DNA of 63,897 nucleotides, filler included, from Neolecta irregularis DAH-3 (GCA_001929475.1; 16 parts of 16 records of this genome joined end to end with filler, not necessarily neighbours in it); one strand, 5' to 3'; counted from the first letter of the whole stretch, positions 10,315 to 27,896 are shown. The notes: generated by a model not told the origin, from the sequence alone. Numbers and translations: made by a program.

Positions 10315-11481
10315 ATGTCCTTTGAACAAATCGATCCCGCTCTCGCAGACTCCTTCTTCTCTGCTCAGGCAATAAACCTCGCAGACCCCCTCCTCGGCGC
10401 CCACATCCATTCCTGCTCAAACCAATTCTTTGCCCCCGCAAAAAACATCATCAACCCCCTTCCCCCCGTCCACAAACCCGGCGTCTTTGTCAAAACAGGT
10501 GCCTGGTACGACGGCTGGGAGTCAAGTACCTCCTCTCCCCCACCCCCTTTAACCCCCAAGAACGCCACAACCCTCAGCCCTCAGACTGGGTAATCATCCG
10601 TCTCGGTCCCCCGCGCGCCTCCATCCTAGGCGCACAAGTAGACACCGCCTTCTTCACAGGAAACTATGCCCCCGCTATCAGCATCGAAGCCACTTGCTCA
10701 AACAACATCACTAAAACTACAATAGTCCAATCGCCCCCCTGCTTTGGTCTCACCCTCTAGTGGTCAGAAGTCATCCCATACACCCCATGCGGCCCCTCCC
10801 AGCGCCACTTCTATCGCCTCACCAGCCCTTCCACAACCCCATACACACACGTCCGTCTGCAAATGTACCCGGACGGCGGAATAGCCAGATTCCGCCTCTA
10901 CGGACACGTCGTCCCGCTCTTCCCCCCATCTTCCTCAAAAATAGACTTGGCAAGCGTCCTCATGGGTGCAATCGCCGTCTCCTGCTCAGACCAACACTAC
11001 GGTCAAAAACACCACTTGTTGCTTCCAGGTCGTGGTCTGCATATGGGCCACGGCTGGGAAACCAGACGCTCCAGATCAGAAAATCACTCCGATTGGGTCG
11101 TTGTAAAGCTTGGCGCCTCTGGTTATTTGTCCCATGCCCAAATTGATACCCTCCATTTTAGAGGAAACTATCCAACAGAATTATTCCTCCTCGCTACAAA
11201 CTCCCACGATGTACCCTGCACCCCTAACCCTAACCCTACCCTCGCTAATTAAAAGCTCATCCCAAAAGATGACACTGACTGGACACAAATCCTCCCCCCA
11301 CAGAAAATGGGCCCAGACTATTTGAAATCATACCCCCTCACTCATACAAATATCCCCTTTACTCACGTCAAAGTATGTCCCCCCTCTACAAGTCTAACTC
11401 TAGATGGTCATCGTACCAGACGGCGGCGTTAAACGTCTCAGAATATTCGGAAAGCGCGCCCTCACACAATCAAAGTTGTAA
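10315..11481 (+). CDS. DAL2: Allantoicase
   Basis: [50 protein letters not shown]; multi-exon; ends in SKL. Confidence 0.95.
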
Positions 11482-11538
11482 ATAGACAGCTAGATTTTAA
11501 TAGCTACAAATATCTACTGCAAAGCAAACGCCAATTAT

Positions 11539-12438
11539 TTATCGCTTACGAAACCCATCAAACCCTCGCACATACCTCGGCCTAGAAAAGCTCGCCCGAG
11601 CACCATAACGCCCATCACTATGTTTGTTCGGATTCCACTTGTCGTTCGATCGAGGACGATAGTAATCCAAACTCCTAATATCTTGCTCAGACAAATCATC
11701 AGCAAACGTCGCATGTTCCCATTCAGACGTGCCCTTCAGTCTGTCCATTACACCAGTAGCCTCTTCAAGAGTCGCAAACTCCACGAATACCCCCTCGTTT
11801 CGATGTCGAACATCGATACACCGCTCCGCATATCGACGCAGGGAATCGAGATTCGAATGCCTGTGAACTCGGATAGTACGAGTCCCACCTCTCTCAAAAG
11901 TTTCAGCATCTTCCACAGAGAGCGGCTGGCAGGAATGTTTGGCCCAGTCCACTTGGATTCTGTTGCCATAAAGAAATATACCATCCCTCCGTGCATAGTC
12001 AATGTATTCCTCCGCAGCGTCCTGCGTAAGAAAGTAAATAATCGCAGAATTCGACAATTGCTTGATTCGCTCAATTGGACCACCAGCAACAGTGCGATAG
12101 AGTGTACGCAGTGGCAGACGAGCAGGAAGACTCCCAAGCCAAACAACTCGTGGAACATTTCGTAGCAACTTGTCCTTGGATGTATGCTCTTTCTTGTCCT
12201 GCTCCGGGCAACGTCGTGATGGTGGACTCGGCGGGTTAAATTCCCGGGAATACGGACGAGATGGAGAGCGAGACCTGTCTCGGTGGACATATGGTTCAGA
12301 CCGAAATCGTGTCTCCACCTTGATTGAACCATCGTTCATTGTGGTAACAGAAGTATCCTGCTGACTATGGTTACTGCCTGGAGCAGGCTCGGTATGATCT
12401 TCTCGAGAGCTATTGTAATCGATGGAGATGCTAGACAT
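11539..12438 (-). CDS. RRM-domain RNA-binding protein (Nrd1/Mug24/Mrn1-like RRM pair)
   Basis: RVVWLGSLP..GGPIERIK..AIIYF..QVDWAK followed by TRTIRV..VFVEF; RS-rich N-terminus; intronless ORF. Confidence 0.65.
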   Translation of the reverse strand: MSSISIDYNSSREDHTEPAPGSNHSQQDTSVTTMNDGSIKVETRFRSEPYVHRDRSRSPSRPYSREFNPPSPPSRRCPEQDKKEHTSKDKLLRNVPRVVWLGSLPARLPLRTLYRTVAGGPIERIKQLSNSAIIYFLTQDAAEEYIDYARRDGIFLYGNRIQVDWAKHSCQPLSVEDAETFERGGTRTIRVHRHSNLDSLRRYAERCIDVRHRNEGVFVEFATLEEATGVMDRLKGTSEWEHATFADDLSEQDIRSLDYYRPRSNDKWNPNKHSDGRYGARASFSRPRYVRGFDGFRKR

Positions 12439-12528
12439 ACTGGGAGAGCAATCAGCGATGAGTGAATAGTAATGGAAGCGGAGGTCAGGTCCCGAGGCCA
12501 ATTAGCTCAAGCCACAAAGTGCATATAT

Positions 12529-12865
12529 TCAAAAGAAGAGTAAAGTTGTAGACTCTGTTTCCTCGAGTTCTTTCCAGGGATTTTCAAACATCTTGTTCAA
12601 CCAACCATCTTCATCAAAGTGTAGACGCTCAACGTTATTCACACAATATCATCGTGGTGCATACCTTTTGATTTGGTCCTAAATTCTTTTTATCACTAGG
12701 CCCAGACCCCGGACTTTCGTTCTCCAACAGACGCTACAGGTTTAACATCACAAAACAATGGACAATGACTACTTTGACGGGATTTTTATTCACATGGGCT
12801 GAAAATGCCGTTGGAAGACCAGCCGCAGCCATTTGCGCCTCAAGGTCATCCAGACTAGACCCCAT
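12529..12865 (-). CDS. Small 3-exon protein (about 86 aa), absent from the ORF track
   Basis: MGSSLDDLEAQMAAAGLPTAF..K/RLLENES..K/RLHFDEDGWLNKMFENPWKELEE; two short GT-AG introns keep the frame; GTCACGTGAC 40 bp upstream. Confidence 0.55.
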
Positions 12866-12904
12866 ATAATTCAAACAAGGTGCTAATGTTGGTTGGAAAA
12901 GTAT

Positions 12905-12914
12905 GTCACGTGAC
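12905..12914. promoter_or_regulatory. Palindromic bHLH (Cbf1-type) site GTCACGTGAC
   Basis: Perfect 10-bp palindrome in a 60-bp intergenic gap. Confidence 0.5.
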
Positions 12915-12925
12915 CACTGTTTAAT

Positions 12926-15584
12926 TCATTTTCTCTGAGAAAACCACCTGGAACCACAAAACAGACAAACTTCACTCATTTCCCTAATCTCGCGTAGAAA
13001 TTCGTCAGGGGCGTAATTAATCGAATCCACATGCGTAGCTTTTCTCAGACATCCTTGACACGTCCTAGAATACGGATCCATCTGCGAAAGGAAAGTAACT
13101 GAGCATCGTACTTTAATCAGCAATCTTTCTTTTTCGATAATCTGCACCAAAAGAGTGGCCGTTGTCACAAGTTCCGTGGGACATATTCAACATTCGAATT
13201 GGAACACCACAAGCAGCGCATTCCTCCCTGCCAGCCATACATTTTACATCGCTTTCAATTTTAGATTTTTTCTGCGCGATCACTTTTCTCTCCTCGTCCA
13301 TGGGCTGACTGAGGATTTTCTCGATCAACTCATATACTTGACCCGCATTTTCAAGAATGTGGAGTACAGGTCTCATACAGTTGACGGAAAAATCTGCATA
13401 TAAAAGAATTATCCGGAGAGAGATAACTGGTGGGTTCACACACTGTGTAAGGGTACCTTTGAGATACCCTATCGCACGAAGTAAAGTATGATCGACAAGT
13501 TCGGTGTACATTCCAATCACTTCGTCCGTTGTTTTTTCATACATATCGTCTTCTGATGGATCTAAATGCTTCCACGCAATCAAAAGTCTCTGTCTATTAG
13601 ACGCATTCGCGAAAAATAAGGAATGGGCTAATGTTGTATCTGGAGCGACTGACTCAGCCCTTGCACATTAGTTGTATGTCAACCAGGAGCTTTACTCTAT
13701 TGATCCGAGTAGGTAGGACTGATGTAATGTTTGGGTGCATTTTTGCATAAAATTTGCTTCATCTTCGGGATCACGCGGAGCAACACATTTTAACGACCAG
13801 AGAATCGTTCTCGGCGATTGCTTATATACTGTTTAAATGTCAAAAAGTTGTATCCAAAACAACTTACCGCCATGTGCTATGGTCTTGCTCAATTCTGAAA
13901 TAGCAACTTGCTCCATCTTGTTGTGCAATGGATAAAACATAACTCTAGACTTCTTTTGACTATCCACAACATATCTGATAGTGCGCACCGGTACAATCCT
14001 CAGTATCAGTAGAGTAGATTACCGGGAAGGATACTCATATACTATAGCGAGGAAGAGCCCATTAATTACGGCGCTTGTACCGTATATTCTCATTTCCGTG
14101 TTATTAGGGTCGTCCGTGATAATGTGCCGGCGGACCCTTTCTTTCAGTGTATTTTGAAATCGTGTATGATCTTCGGAAAGCTTTAGAGAATAGTCGCGCA
14201 GACACAAGTCCAATACACACCCGAAACCGTCAGTTGTTGTGACATACACATGATAAACTTGGGAACAGTGGGATGAAAGTATGTGAAATCCTGGGACTAA
14301 GCAAAGTCTTGGTATGATAACAACCTGCAACACTTGACGAAAGATTTTCGCTGTCTGTAAACTCACAAACTTGCCATGTTCGTCCTTCATCTATCAAACA
14401 ATACGCCATTATCCGCGAAGGATATGCAATCAGTATCACTTTAGGGGATGTCGAAGCCTTAATCATAAGCTGATATACGAAGAAAGCTCTGCTACCTCTC
14501 GTGGAACCCAGGAAACAAAAGTAGGCCGCCAGTCTACGCTGGGCGATATGAGATCTACGGAAAAGTCCAATACATCATCAACAAGAAAACAGCGAAGTGA
14601 TATGACAGAAGAAGAGCCATCGCAACTGGTAATAACTATATCAGAACTATCTGGAAATTTAAAAGGTTCTTTAATAGGTGGACTTACAAACATCACTGTC
14701 ACTGGTCCAATCTGACCACGCGATATTCAGAACAATCCCCTGATTGGTCGGGATAGTTTCGATGATTTCTTCTCCATCTGGCGTGAGTCTATTTCAAATT
14801 AGGGCATGCAACAACCGATCATACCGCCAAAGCAACACTTCTCCCAAACCATTACCAGAAGCAAATAATGATTGACCCCATCTTGATCCGCGAGGGTAAA
14901 AAGGCGGTGACCATGATATGCCTTGGAATTAAGCAGTACATCACATGATTCCATACTATAAACGCGCAAACGCTGTTGGTCTTCCAGTCCAATGTCGATG
15001 TCTGCGCTCGAAATATTCAAATTACTAACAATACGTGTGTTTAGGCGAGATTTCTTGAATGAGCCTATAATTTTCATGACGACAAATATACCACGATCCA
15101 TGTCGAAGTGGCGGGATGCCCAGAAGGCTCGTAGATAAAGATCTGTCCCATGCTATTCAGTGCGACTAGCAGGCATCTGAGAGAATGAATCCAAACGTAG
15201 TAAGAATTTCTCACCCTTTGTATAGCGTGAAACCAGTTGGCGACCATGCAATGGCCCGCACCGCTGAATCACTTTGGTCTATGAGAGCAAAAGTGGAGCT
15301 GTCTGTTTGTCTTAGCAATGACTTGAAACATCAATTCTGAATACCATTGACATATTGCTCGCCAAGCTCTAAATTGTCCTTCTCAATTTCAAAGATAGTC
15401 TTATCGAAAGCTAGTCCATGGAATAACATTTTCTTTGGCGTCTAGATATTTCAACAATGATTCCAAATAAGCTCCACACAAGGATTGTGATATGTTTCTC
15501 CGTAGCTACAGCCAACTGACCATCGTTGGACCATTTTGCACAGTTAGGATAGAGCGGAACGCCGTATATTTTAATACCCTTCAT
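12926..15584 (-). CDS. Transcription factor IIIC 90 kDa/delta subunit (Sfc9/GTF3C4-like)
   Basis: N-terminal WSNDGQLAV WD-like start; C-terminal zf-TFIIIC pattern ECAACG..CDNGHSF..RCSVTF..CQGC..CLFCGSRW; multi-exon. Confidence 0.8.
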
Positions 15585-15782
15585 CTGTGCAAGGAACCAC
15601 TGAGGCGTGGAGGTTCGGGGTTCAAGTCACTACAGAGGATAGATTTTTGTCTAAAACAAACGTTCAGAACTATCCACATTCATTCCCACGCCATTGCAAT
15701 GTTTGCCAGTTTGCTTTCATCATTATCTCTTATGAATGCCCGACAGCCGCTAAAAATATCAGAGTCTGTCCCGTGCCTCGGA

Positions 15783-17093
15783 TCATAGAGCTTCAATCTG
15801 CTTTAGGAGAAAGGCCTTTTCGTCCGTAAACTGTTCATCTTCTGGTCTGTTAGTACCATACTGTAATTGAGAGATACCCCGCCTTTCATTATGGAAATTT
15901 TCTAGAAATACCACCAACTTTTCTTTGTTTTTCTCCAATATATGTTGTACGGGTGCACTCTTATTAGGATTGGCGACGAATACCTACGATAAACATCATT
16001 TCAAGGATGATCAATACTTTGAAAACATGAAAAGCCTCAAACTGAATATTGCGACTTCGATCGCGAAGAAAGTTCATCATTAGCTTTAGATTATCTGGAC
16101 TTGAAATAAAACGTGTCATAATGTTGAAATTAGCCCTGTCTAGTAAAATTTCGCTCAATAGCTTTAACGATTGACGGCGGATTACATAGGATGTTGATGC
16201 TAACAGCTCTCCATATTTTTTGAAGAACTATACGTTAGGACTTGATATTCAATTGTATACCTCATCGTAGTTTTGAATAAGAAATTCTGCAACGGAAGCT
16301 TTGTGGCGAGCTACCAATTCTTTGAGTGTTGAGAATGCATCGCTTGCGATATCAAAGTTTGAATTCTCGACGTAGTTGAAGATTTTCCAAAAGTCTGGAC
16401 TCTGAAGAACGATATTTGCAAGTGGTTCGTGTCTTATACATTCACGAAGACAATAGCCACAATTAAGGGCGATTTCCTGATTTTCATAGCTAATCGAGTC
16501 AGATGATCATTGATTGTTGTGACCAAATGAATATATATACCCCCGCAATAAGGACACCATCACATCTTCGCGCTGGCATAGATAATCTAATGTAGGATAT
16601 CTTCCGACAATTTGCCGCCGGAGAAGGATGCTGAAGATCGAGGTTACGTCTTTGCGAGCCTAAGACGATCAACATCCTGGTTCCGTCTGTCTCATAAACC
16701 TCGAATTCAAACCGCCGCAGATTGATTGTCAAGAGCTGTAGGAGGTCCGTAGTATGCATTTCTTGCCACAACTGAGCGATTTGTTCGGGGACGGGGTCCG
16801 TGTCTGAGATTAGTGTCATTCAATGTCTTTCCTTGGTTTATACCTCCCTCTCCATACAGCACCAGCTTTACAGCAGATAACGATTTGGTGAGCTCTTCTG
16901 TTGCCTAGAAAATGTTGAAAAAAAAGATCAAGAATTGTAAGAGGTACCCTCCGGCGATCGACAGGGGAATCAAGTTTGGAAATTTGGTCACGCACATACC
17001 GGATGAGATCCTGGAAGCGTCAATTGTATATTACAGGAGTAGAAGAGAAACTTGAGGAGTTCTTTGGCGGGAACGACCGAATAAAAAAGACAT
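15783..17093 (-). CDS. HYM1: Mo25/Hym1 scaffold protein
   Basis: [13 protein letters not shown] start; [54 protein letters not shown]. Confidence 0.93.
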
Positions 17094-17607
17094 TGGAGGG
17101 AAGTGACAACGTAGCGGTTCGGGGTTTGGACAAAGGTGGGCAAAGGCGGGGAGGGTGCCAATTCATATCGCAAAGCCAATCCTCCGACTTGAGCGATTCT
17201 TGAGCAAATACACATAATTTGCATTATCCTGTGACCAAAAGTGTTGGATGTTTCTGAAATTATTGGCACAGGAAACCGTCAGTCAACGGTATCAAAATGG
17301 CGCTGCTGGTTGAATGAAAACTACAAATAGGAAAAACGCGAATGGCAAAACATATTTGAACAAGTAGCCGTATTTCTGCGCGTATAAAAGGTCGAGTAGA
17401 ATTGCATGTTTATCGACGCGACAATGCAAGTCAACAAGGAATCCCGTGATGTTCTATTTCTATTCTAGTTTCGAGCGAGCTGCGAGGCATTCGCAATCCA
17501 CTCTTTGAAGCGCTCTGCGCTCCGTTTGTACTTTGGACTGTTCGCCCAATAATGGTCTGTTTCGCGGAATAGAGGACTGTTCATCTTCTTCCACGCTCCT
17601 TGAAAGC

Positions 17608-20600
17608 ATGCCTGACTCCGACCCGCAATCCTCAGTCCCGTCCCCAACAACCCCATCTTCGACCGGGTTCAGTGCAAGAACCGTTCGACGTTCGCTTTCC
17701 ATCTCAAGTTCGGGGAAGGCATTCACGATAGGCGTGCGCTACGGCAATCTTTATCTCAAGTATGCTCTTATTCATGCATTGGAGGCTATCTCAAACTGAT
17801 AGACCTTCGCCCACCGCAACAGATACAATCCTCAAGCTTCAGCCCCCGAGAAATTCGTTCTATGACAGCCCCTCGCCCAATCGCACTTTTGACACCTTCT
17901 GCTCGGATTATCATGGCACGGGAACCCTCAAGCCTATTCTTACGGCGGATGGCCGAAGAAAGAACGAAGAATGCGTACCCACCTTCCTATCAACTAGCGA
18001 GGAGGCCGTTCTTCCTTTCAACACCCCACCAGACAGATTTGCCTCACCCAGCCGAAATATCTCCAGCAACCCCTCAATTCTGTCTGTATTTCCAGGCTTG
18101 AATACTCCATGCCGGTCAACAATGGACACAGGAGCCGATCCACTTGCAAGCATTCGTGCGATCAGAAACATCGATACTCCCGTCCGGTCTCAAACCCCAT
18201 CTTGGATGCTCGAGCCAATCTCTCCAGAACTATTTGACGTGTTATCTTTTCCGCCGGCTTCGGTTGACCCTTCGGTTGTACAGTTTGATGCTAGGTCCGG
18301 TATTCTTACCGCCGCCACGCCACCTCGCTTAGTCACCGCGATAACATCAGCTGAAAGTCTAGATTACGATCTAATGGGCGATTTTTTCCTAACCTATCGT
18401 CTCTTCTTATCACCAACATTGTTATTGAGATTATTGGAAGCCCGTATCATTTGGGCTCTTTCTAGGGACGACGATATTGGTAGAATTGTTCGAATTCGCA
18501 CATTTGTTGCACTACGACACTGGATCCTTAATTACTTTGCCGATGATTTTGTCTCGAGCATTTCTTTGAGAAACATGTTTGCAAAATTCCTCAACGAACT
18601 TGCAAATGAAGACTGCATAGCTTATAGTCTACGTGATCAGAGGATAGTTTCGGAACTGAAGCGATGCTGGGTTCGTGCTTGTGAAATTTATTGGGAAATT
18701 CCTTCGAATCGAGCTTCCTGTGATATAACTCCAGATATCAGGGTCAATGCCGGAGGACCACTTCCTGGACGAAAGGAACTTGTCACTAGAACGTATTCTC
18801 AAAATCTTTCTGCTGCGATTATCCGGAGACATTCGAAATCAAAAAGCGATGATTGGACTGAGAAAAAATATTGCACCCCAAGGAAGACATACTCTCGGAT
18901 TTCCCCCTTTACATCCTCAAGTACTCGTCACCGAGCATCTTCGATTGCCGAAAGTATTCACTCCAATGCAACTCCGAGCCCAGTAATCACACGATATTTA
19001 CCATTACCTCAAACTTCACTAGTCCGCGGAGGAGGAAAACTACCTACGCCGCTGTTCGGATGGACTGGATCGAATTTTGAAGAAACCCCCAAAAAGACTA
19101 ACGGGATGCGAAAGATGTTTTTAACGATGAAGAAAAGATTAAAAGCCATGCAAGGAGAAGAACTTCCTCGGCCGGTTTCAGCACTGCGTTGCGTAGGTGA
19201 TATACCTCTACAGGGTCGATCTTCGTTAGCAGGGAAGGGTTTTAGAATTGACCTTCTCGGCGCTGGAACTACCGAACTATGGGACGATACACCACCGTGC
19301 AATGTCGCCGATACGCTAGTAGTTGAACCACCCGAGGACTTTATGGATCCGGAAATCTTGAAAATTGTTCAAGCACAACGGTCGCCTACACCACTGGACT
19401 CACCATCTGCAACCGCACAGAAAGTAGTTTCCGTAGATCCCATTGCCTCATCTCCAAATGTCTCTGACCTTCCCGAGAGCAGCCCCAGATCATGTATTCC
19501 CAAGCGCAATCTTCGACGAAAACCGGGGGGCGACTTAAAGATAGCCCATACAGTCAGCGATTTACTTCCTGAACGTCCTCGAAGCGGTAGTACTTTTTCA
19601 ACTGCAAACCATGGTAGTGTTATCTCACCTCAGTTTGGTAGATTTTCTCACACACCATCTGTTGACGTGCCATGCGAATCTTCGACACCGGCGGCAAGCT
19701 TGAATCTCGGAGTTACTCTAGAGAATGGAATGTTGGCTCTGACTGACATTCCATCGGATGATGATAGCGATAACGGTGGAGTCTCAACTGCACTATTAAA
19801 ACTTGAAGGAAGATACCATAGAAAGACCAAAATTTGCTCAGAACACAAAATTCGAGATTCGGGCCTTGGAAGTGACAATATTCCCAAGTCTCTGTCGAAT
19901 AGCAATAGCATTGCTTCCCCCCTAGTTGATGGCATAAAAGACTATTCTCAGAGAAAACAACGACATCGTCAAGTCGTCAAGGTCATGGGCGGAGAACGGG
20001 AGGCTCTAACGATTCCTGATGTAATGATTGAGGAAGTTCTAGACGAAGAAGCAGGACCTTCAAGGGATTTTGAGAAAGAAATTGAACAACTCGCAATTGC
20101 AGATTTCTGCAGCCCTGATAGCGCGCAACTGCAACGCATATTGACCTCTGAAACTACGAATATTCAAAGCATGCTTCCACAACACAAATTTCCCCACAGG
20201 AAAGTCGCAACCTCATTGTCGATCCATCTACCGTTCATACTGGCATATGATTCATTGATTCTTGCCCGTCAATTAACCCTCATTGAGCGCGACGCTATAA
20301 TTGAAGTCGATTGGCAGGAACTTGCTCATATGACCTGGATTGGAAATGCAGACATTATTGTTCGAGATTGGGTATCTATTGTTAGTAATACCAAAATCAC
20401 TGGAATCTCTCTGGTAATTGCGCGGTTCAATTTGGTATTTACCTGTTTGTTCTCTATTATCTGACACTCAGATGTGTAGTTGGGTGGCTTCTGAAATTGC
20501 TATGACACAAAAACTTGAGGAACGCATTAAAGTCGTCGAAAAGTTTATACACCTCGCTATGGTATTCTAGCAATTTTTCGTAACCTAATATCCAGCATTC

Positions 20601-21112
20601 ATATCGATTGTCAAACTTTGCAACATTTATTCAGATACTTCTCGCACTGCAATCACCACATGTTGCGAAACTTCGCAGGACATGGCGAGGTGTGTCGAAT
20701 GCCGATCTGAAGGTCCTTCGCGAGCTTGAGACAGTAGCCTCACCCTTGAGAAACTGGAGGAACCTTCGTATGGTGATGGAAGTTGATGACCCAGATCAAA
20801 AAGAATGTATCCCTTTCATTGGTATTATTTTAAACTTTTCATTCATCCTAAGAGGCAGGAATCTATCTTTCGGATTTAATTTTTAACGCACAACGACCTG
20901 ACCGGGTCCCTACATTATCAATGCCGCAGGAAATGCTTGTTAATTTCGATCGCCATCGAACAACAGCAGGGATAATTAAGAAGGTTCTTGGGATGATTGA
21001 AAAAGCGCGCGGATATTCGTTTGAATCAATTGAAGAACCTTTCCAGCGATGTCTATGGCTTGCAGCACTCGACGAGTCTGGCCTTCAACGATGCGCGGAC
21101 CAAATAGAGTGA
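17608..21112 (+). CDS. LTE1: Ras-family GEF, LTE1-like
   Basis: REM domain (LDYDLMGDFFLTYR..RIRTFVALRHWILNYF) and C-terminal CDC25 domain (LARQLTLIE, CIPFIG, LVNFDRHR); start codon approximate. Confidence 0.8.
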
Positions 21113-21438
21113 AGAAAGCTGTAGTTAGATTGACTGGAAGTTCTTGTTTTTGCTCTTTTTTTGCTGCTTGTTGGGTGTTTGGCTCGCTTTTTGATGGTTT
21201 TATTCGTGGCGAAATGGCGCGGTATCTTGGTTGCTTTTCCATCGTTTTCTTTTGGTGGGTTTTTCATGATGTTTTTCATGATGTTTTTCGGATGTCACTT
21301 CGGAGACAGGCGCGATCTTGGTCCTTTCTTAGAATCTACGTCTATTTCTTTGTATTAATATCTCTTTGTATAGCCTCATTAACTTGGAACTCATGTAAAT
21401 ACAGTACGCAGTAATGAACAGTGTCTAGCTAAATCTTT

Positions 21439-23197
<1,759 letters not shown>

Positions 23198-23528
23198 CGT
23201 GGGCGTTACAAAAATATTTTCAAGCGGATCGGCAAGCCAGGGACAACAGGACGCCTCAAAATTGATGAGTTTTCAACATATGTCCTCTTACTCATCCGCC
23301 TAATCTTTGTACTATTCTGTAAAGCCATAGTTGTTTATGTTTGCTCATTTGTCACCCGTTCAGGTACTTGTGTCATGTAGAACAAATGGGTAACTGTAAA
23401 TTCCACGTGCGTCTTTCGCGCGTGTTGCTTTAGTTTTCGCACTTGCAGTCCATTGATTTGCCTACGCCGCATATTATTCCATGACTCTTCCAAACGAGGC
23501 AAAAGCCAAACCCGTATATTCATAATCT

Positions 23529-24500
23529 ATGCAAACTCATGAAGCTCATCTTGTCCAGGTCTCATCTCTGAAAGCCTTCTTTGAATCAAAGGCGTCTCAG
23601 GAGATCGTAGAGTCATCTCAACAAGAGGAACGTACCCGTACAAAGACAAAGATAAAGATTTCATTCATTCCTGTTCGTCCGATCGAAGCGGACGAGTCAT
23701 CCTCGCGATCTCCAAGTCCATTCAGATTGCCTGAAAAGTTGGGTAACCCCGAGGACGACTCCCAAGAGATTCCTGCAGTTGTAGAGACTACCCCAGCGAT
23801 TAAAGTTGAGACTAGCGAGTCAGTTCCTTGTGAAATCGAAGAACACGTCGAGCAAGATAGCAGAGAAGATCTTGATGATGACGATAGTGGGTACACCGAG
23901 TCTAATGATATCTCAAGTCACGAACAACCAATCTTACCTACCAAAAGTGATGCCATTATTGAAATCACCAAGGAAGAAACCTCATCGCCTCAATCTGCAA
24001 AAGCTGTCGAATCTCGTGTTGCAACAAAGACCTCTACTCCTTTGAAGGCTTCACCAACGAAAAACCTTACACAGACGAAGAAGACGGCGGCTCAAGGATC
24101 ATCCTGTGTCAAATCTTCCATGCCTGGATCCGTAACCCGTACAACTGCACAAGCAAAACCACCTTGTAAGGCAACCGATAAACCTAATCCGATTTCAAGG
24201 AGGAGCCTACAATCTTCAACTCAGAGTAAGCCCCCGATTTCAACACGACCAGGTGTTCAAGCATCAGATCGCAGGACACTACCAACTCCTAAAGCACCGG
24301 TGTTGAAGGTCCCGATATCTACCTCAGCATCAAGCAACGTCGCGAAAGCCCGTCCCAAGACGTCTGCTACAAAAGACCCAGTCAGAGCAAAACCTCCAGC
24401 TATTGATCGTCCCAATTCAGCTGGAAATCATGTTTCCTCATCTCTTATGAAACCAACTGCTGCTTCGATGGCTAGGACTCGTAAGACAAGCCAGGAGTAG
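23529..24500 (+). CDS. Low-complexity S/T/P/K-rich protein (acidic N-half, basic C-half)
   Basis: 323-aa intronless ORF; C-terminal SLMKPTAASMAR resembles short motifs of microtubule-associated proteins. Confidence 0.6.
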   Translation: MQTHEAHLVQVSSLKAFFESKASQEIVESSQQEERTRTKTKIKISFIPVRPIEADESSSRSPSPFRLPEKLGNPEDDSQEIPAVVETTPAIKVETSESVPCEIEEHVEQDSREDLDDDDSGYTESNDISSHEQPILPTKSDAIIEITKEETSSPQSAKAVESRVATKTSTPLKASPTKNLTQTKKTAAQGSSCVKSSMPGSVTRTTAQAKPPCKATDKPNPISRRSLQSSTQSKPPISTRPGVQASDRRTLPTPKAPVLKVPISTSASSNVAKARPKTSATKDPVRAKPPAIDRPNSAGNHVSSSLMKPTAASMARTRKTSQE

Positions 24501-24637
24501 ACTTTGAATAGCATTCATTTTTCTTCATTGCTTGATCTGACTTGCTATTCGCTCATGGTGTTTCGGTTTATCTAGGATTAGTTTTCATGTGCCGCCATAC
24601 GCTTATAATAGAAATAATTATTGAGTTTCTACATAAT

Positions 24638-27124
<2,487 letters not shown>

Positions 27125-27345
27125 AACGGAGGTGGGGTTATAAATCAAGTGGCGCCGGATAACTCTTGATTCATGAACGCCCATCAAATCAATATTTTCA
27201 GGATTTATTGCAAACACAAAGGTCATATACTGGGGCAAAAAGAGGNNNNNNNNNNNNNNNNNNNNNNNNNNNNNNNNNNNNNNNNNNNNTTAATTAATTA
27301 ANNNNNNNNNNNNNNNNNNNNNNNNNNNNNNNNNNNNNNNNNNNN

Positions 27346-27896
27346 CTGGAAAAGCAGCAAACTGCAAAGGTTGTCCAAACCAGTCGGTATGCGCTTCCGC
27401 TCTCAAAGGACCAGATCCAGATTTATATGCGATCAAAGAACGAATGAGCACGGTAAAGCATAAGATCTTGGTGTTAAGTGGGAAGGGTGGCGTGGGAAAG
27501 AGTACTTTTACTGCGTAGCCTGGGCTTTGAGTCGAGATGAGCGTTCTCAGGTACTTTGAATATGTTTTGATACCATGCTGACACAAGGTGGGTGTGTCCT
27601 GGTTGTCACGTATGTTGTCTTTTCTTCAAAATATTGATATTTACAGGACGAATCAGTGATATTCGTAGCTACAACTGGCGGGGGAATTGGTCTTGCTAAA
27701 GAAATGAAAGTACCATTCATGGGTGCTGTGCCTTTAGATCCTAGAATTGGAAGGAGCTGTGATTATGGGGCTTGTTTCTTGGATGAGTACCCGGAAAGTC
27801 CTGCATCCAAGGCAATCATGCAAATCGTTGAGCGTATCACTCCTGCAGTCTCCTTTTGCTAACGAACAAGGCGTAAAAGAAGGTATTTTGAATTAG
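27346..27896 (+). pseudogene. NBP35: NBP35 cytosolic Fe-S scaffold, frameshifted and internally deleted copy
   Basis: [10 protein letters not shown] and [13 protein letters not shown], then in-frame TAG at 27516; VGV fused directly to VCPGCH, removing the central domain; C-terminal VPLDPRIG. Confidence 0.75.
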
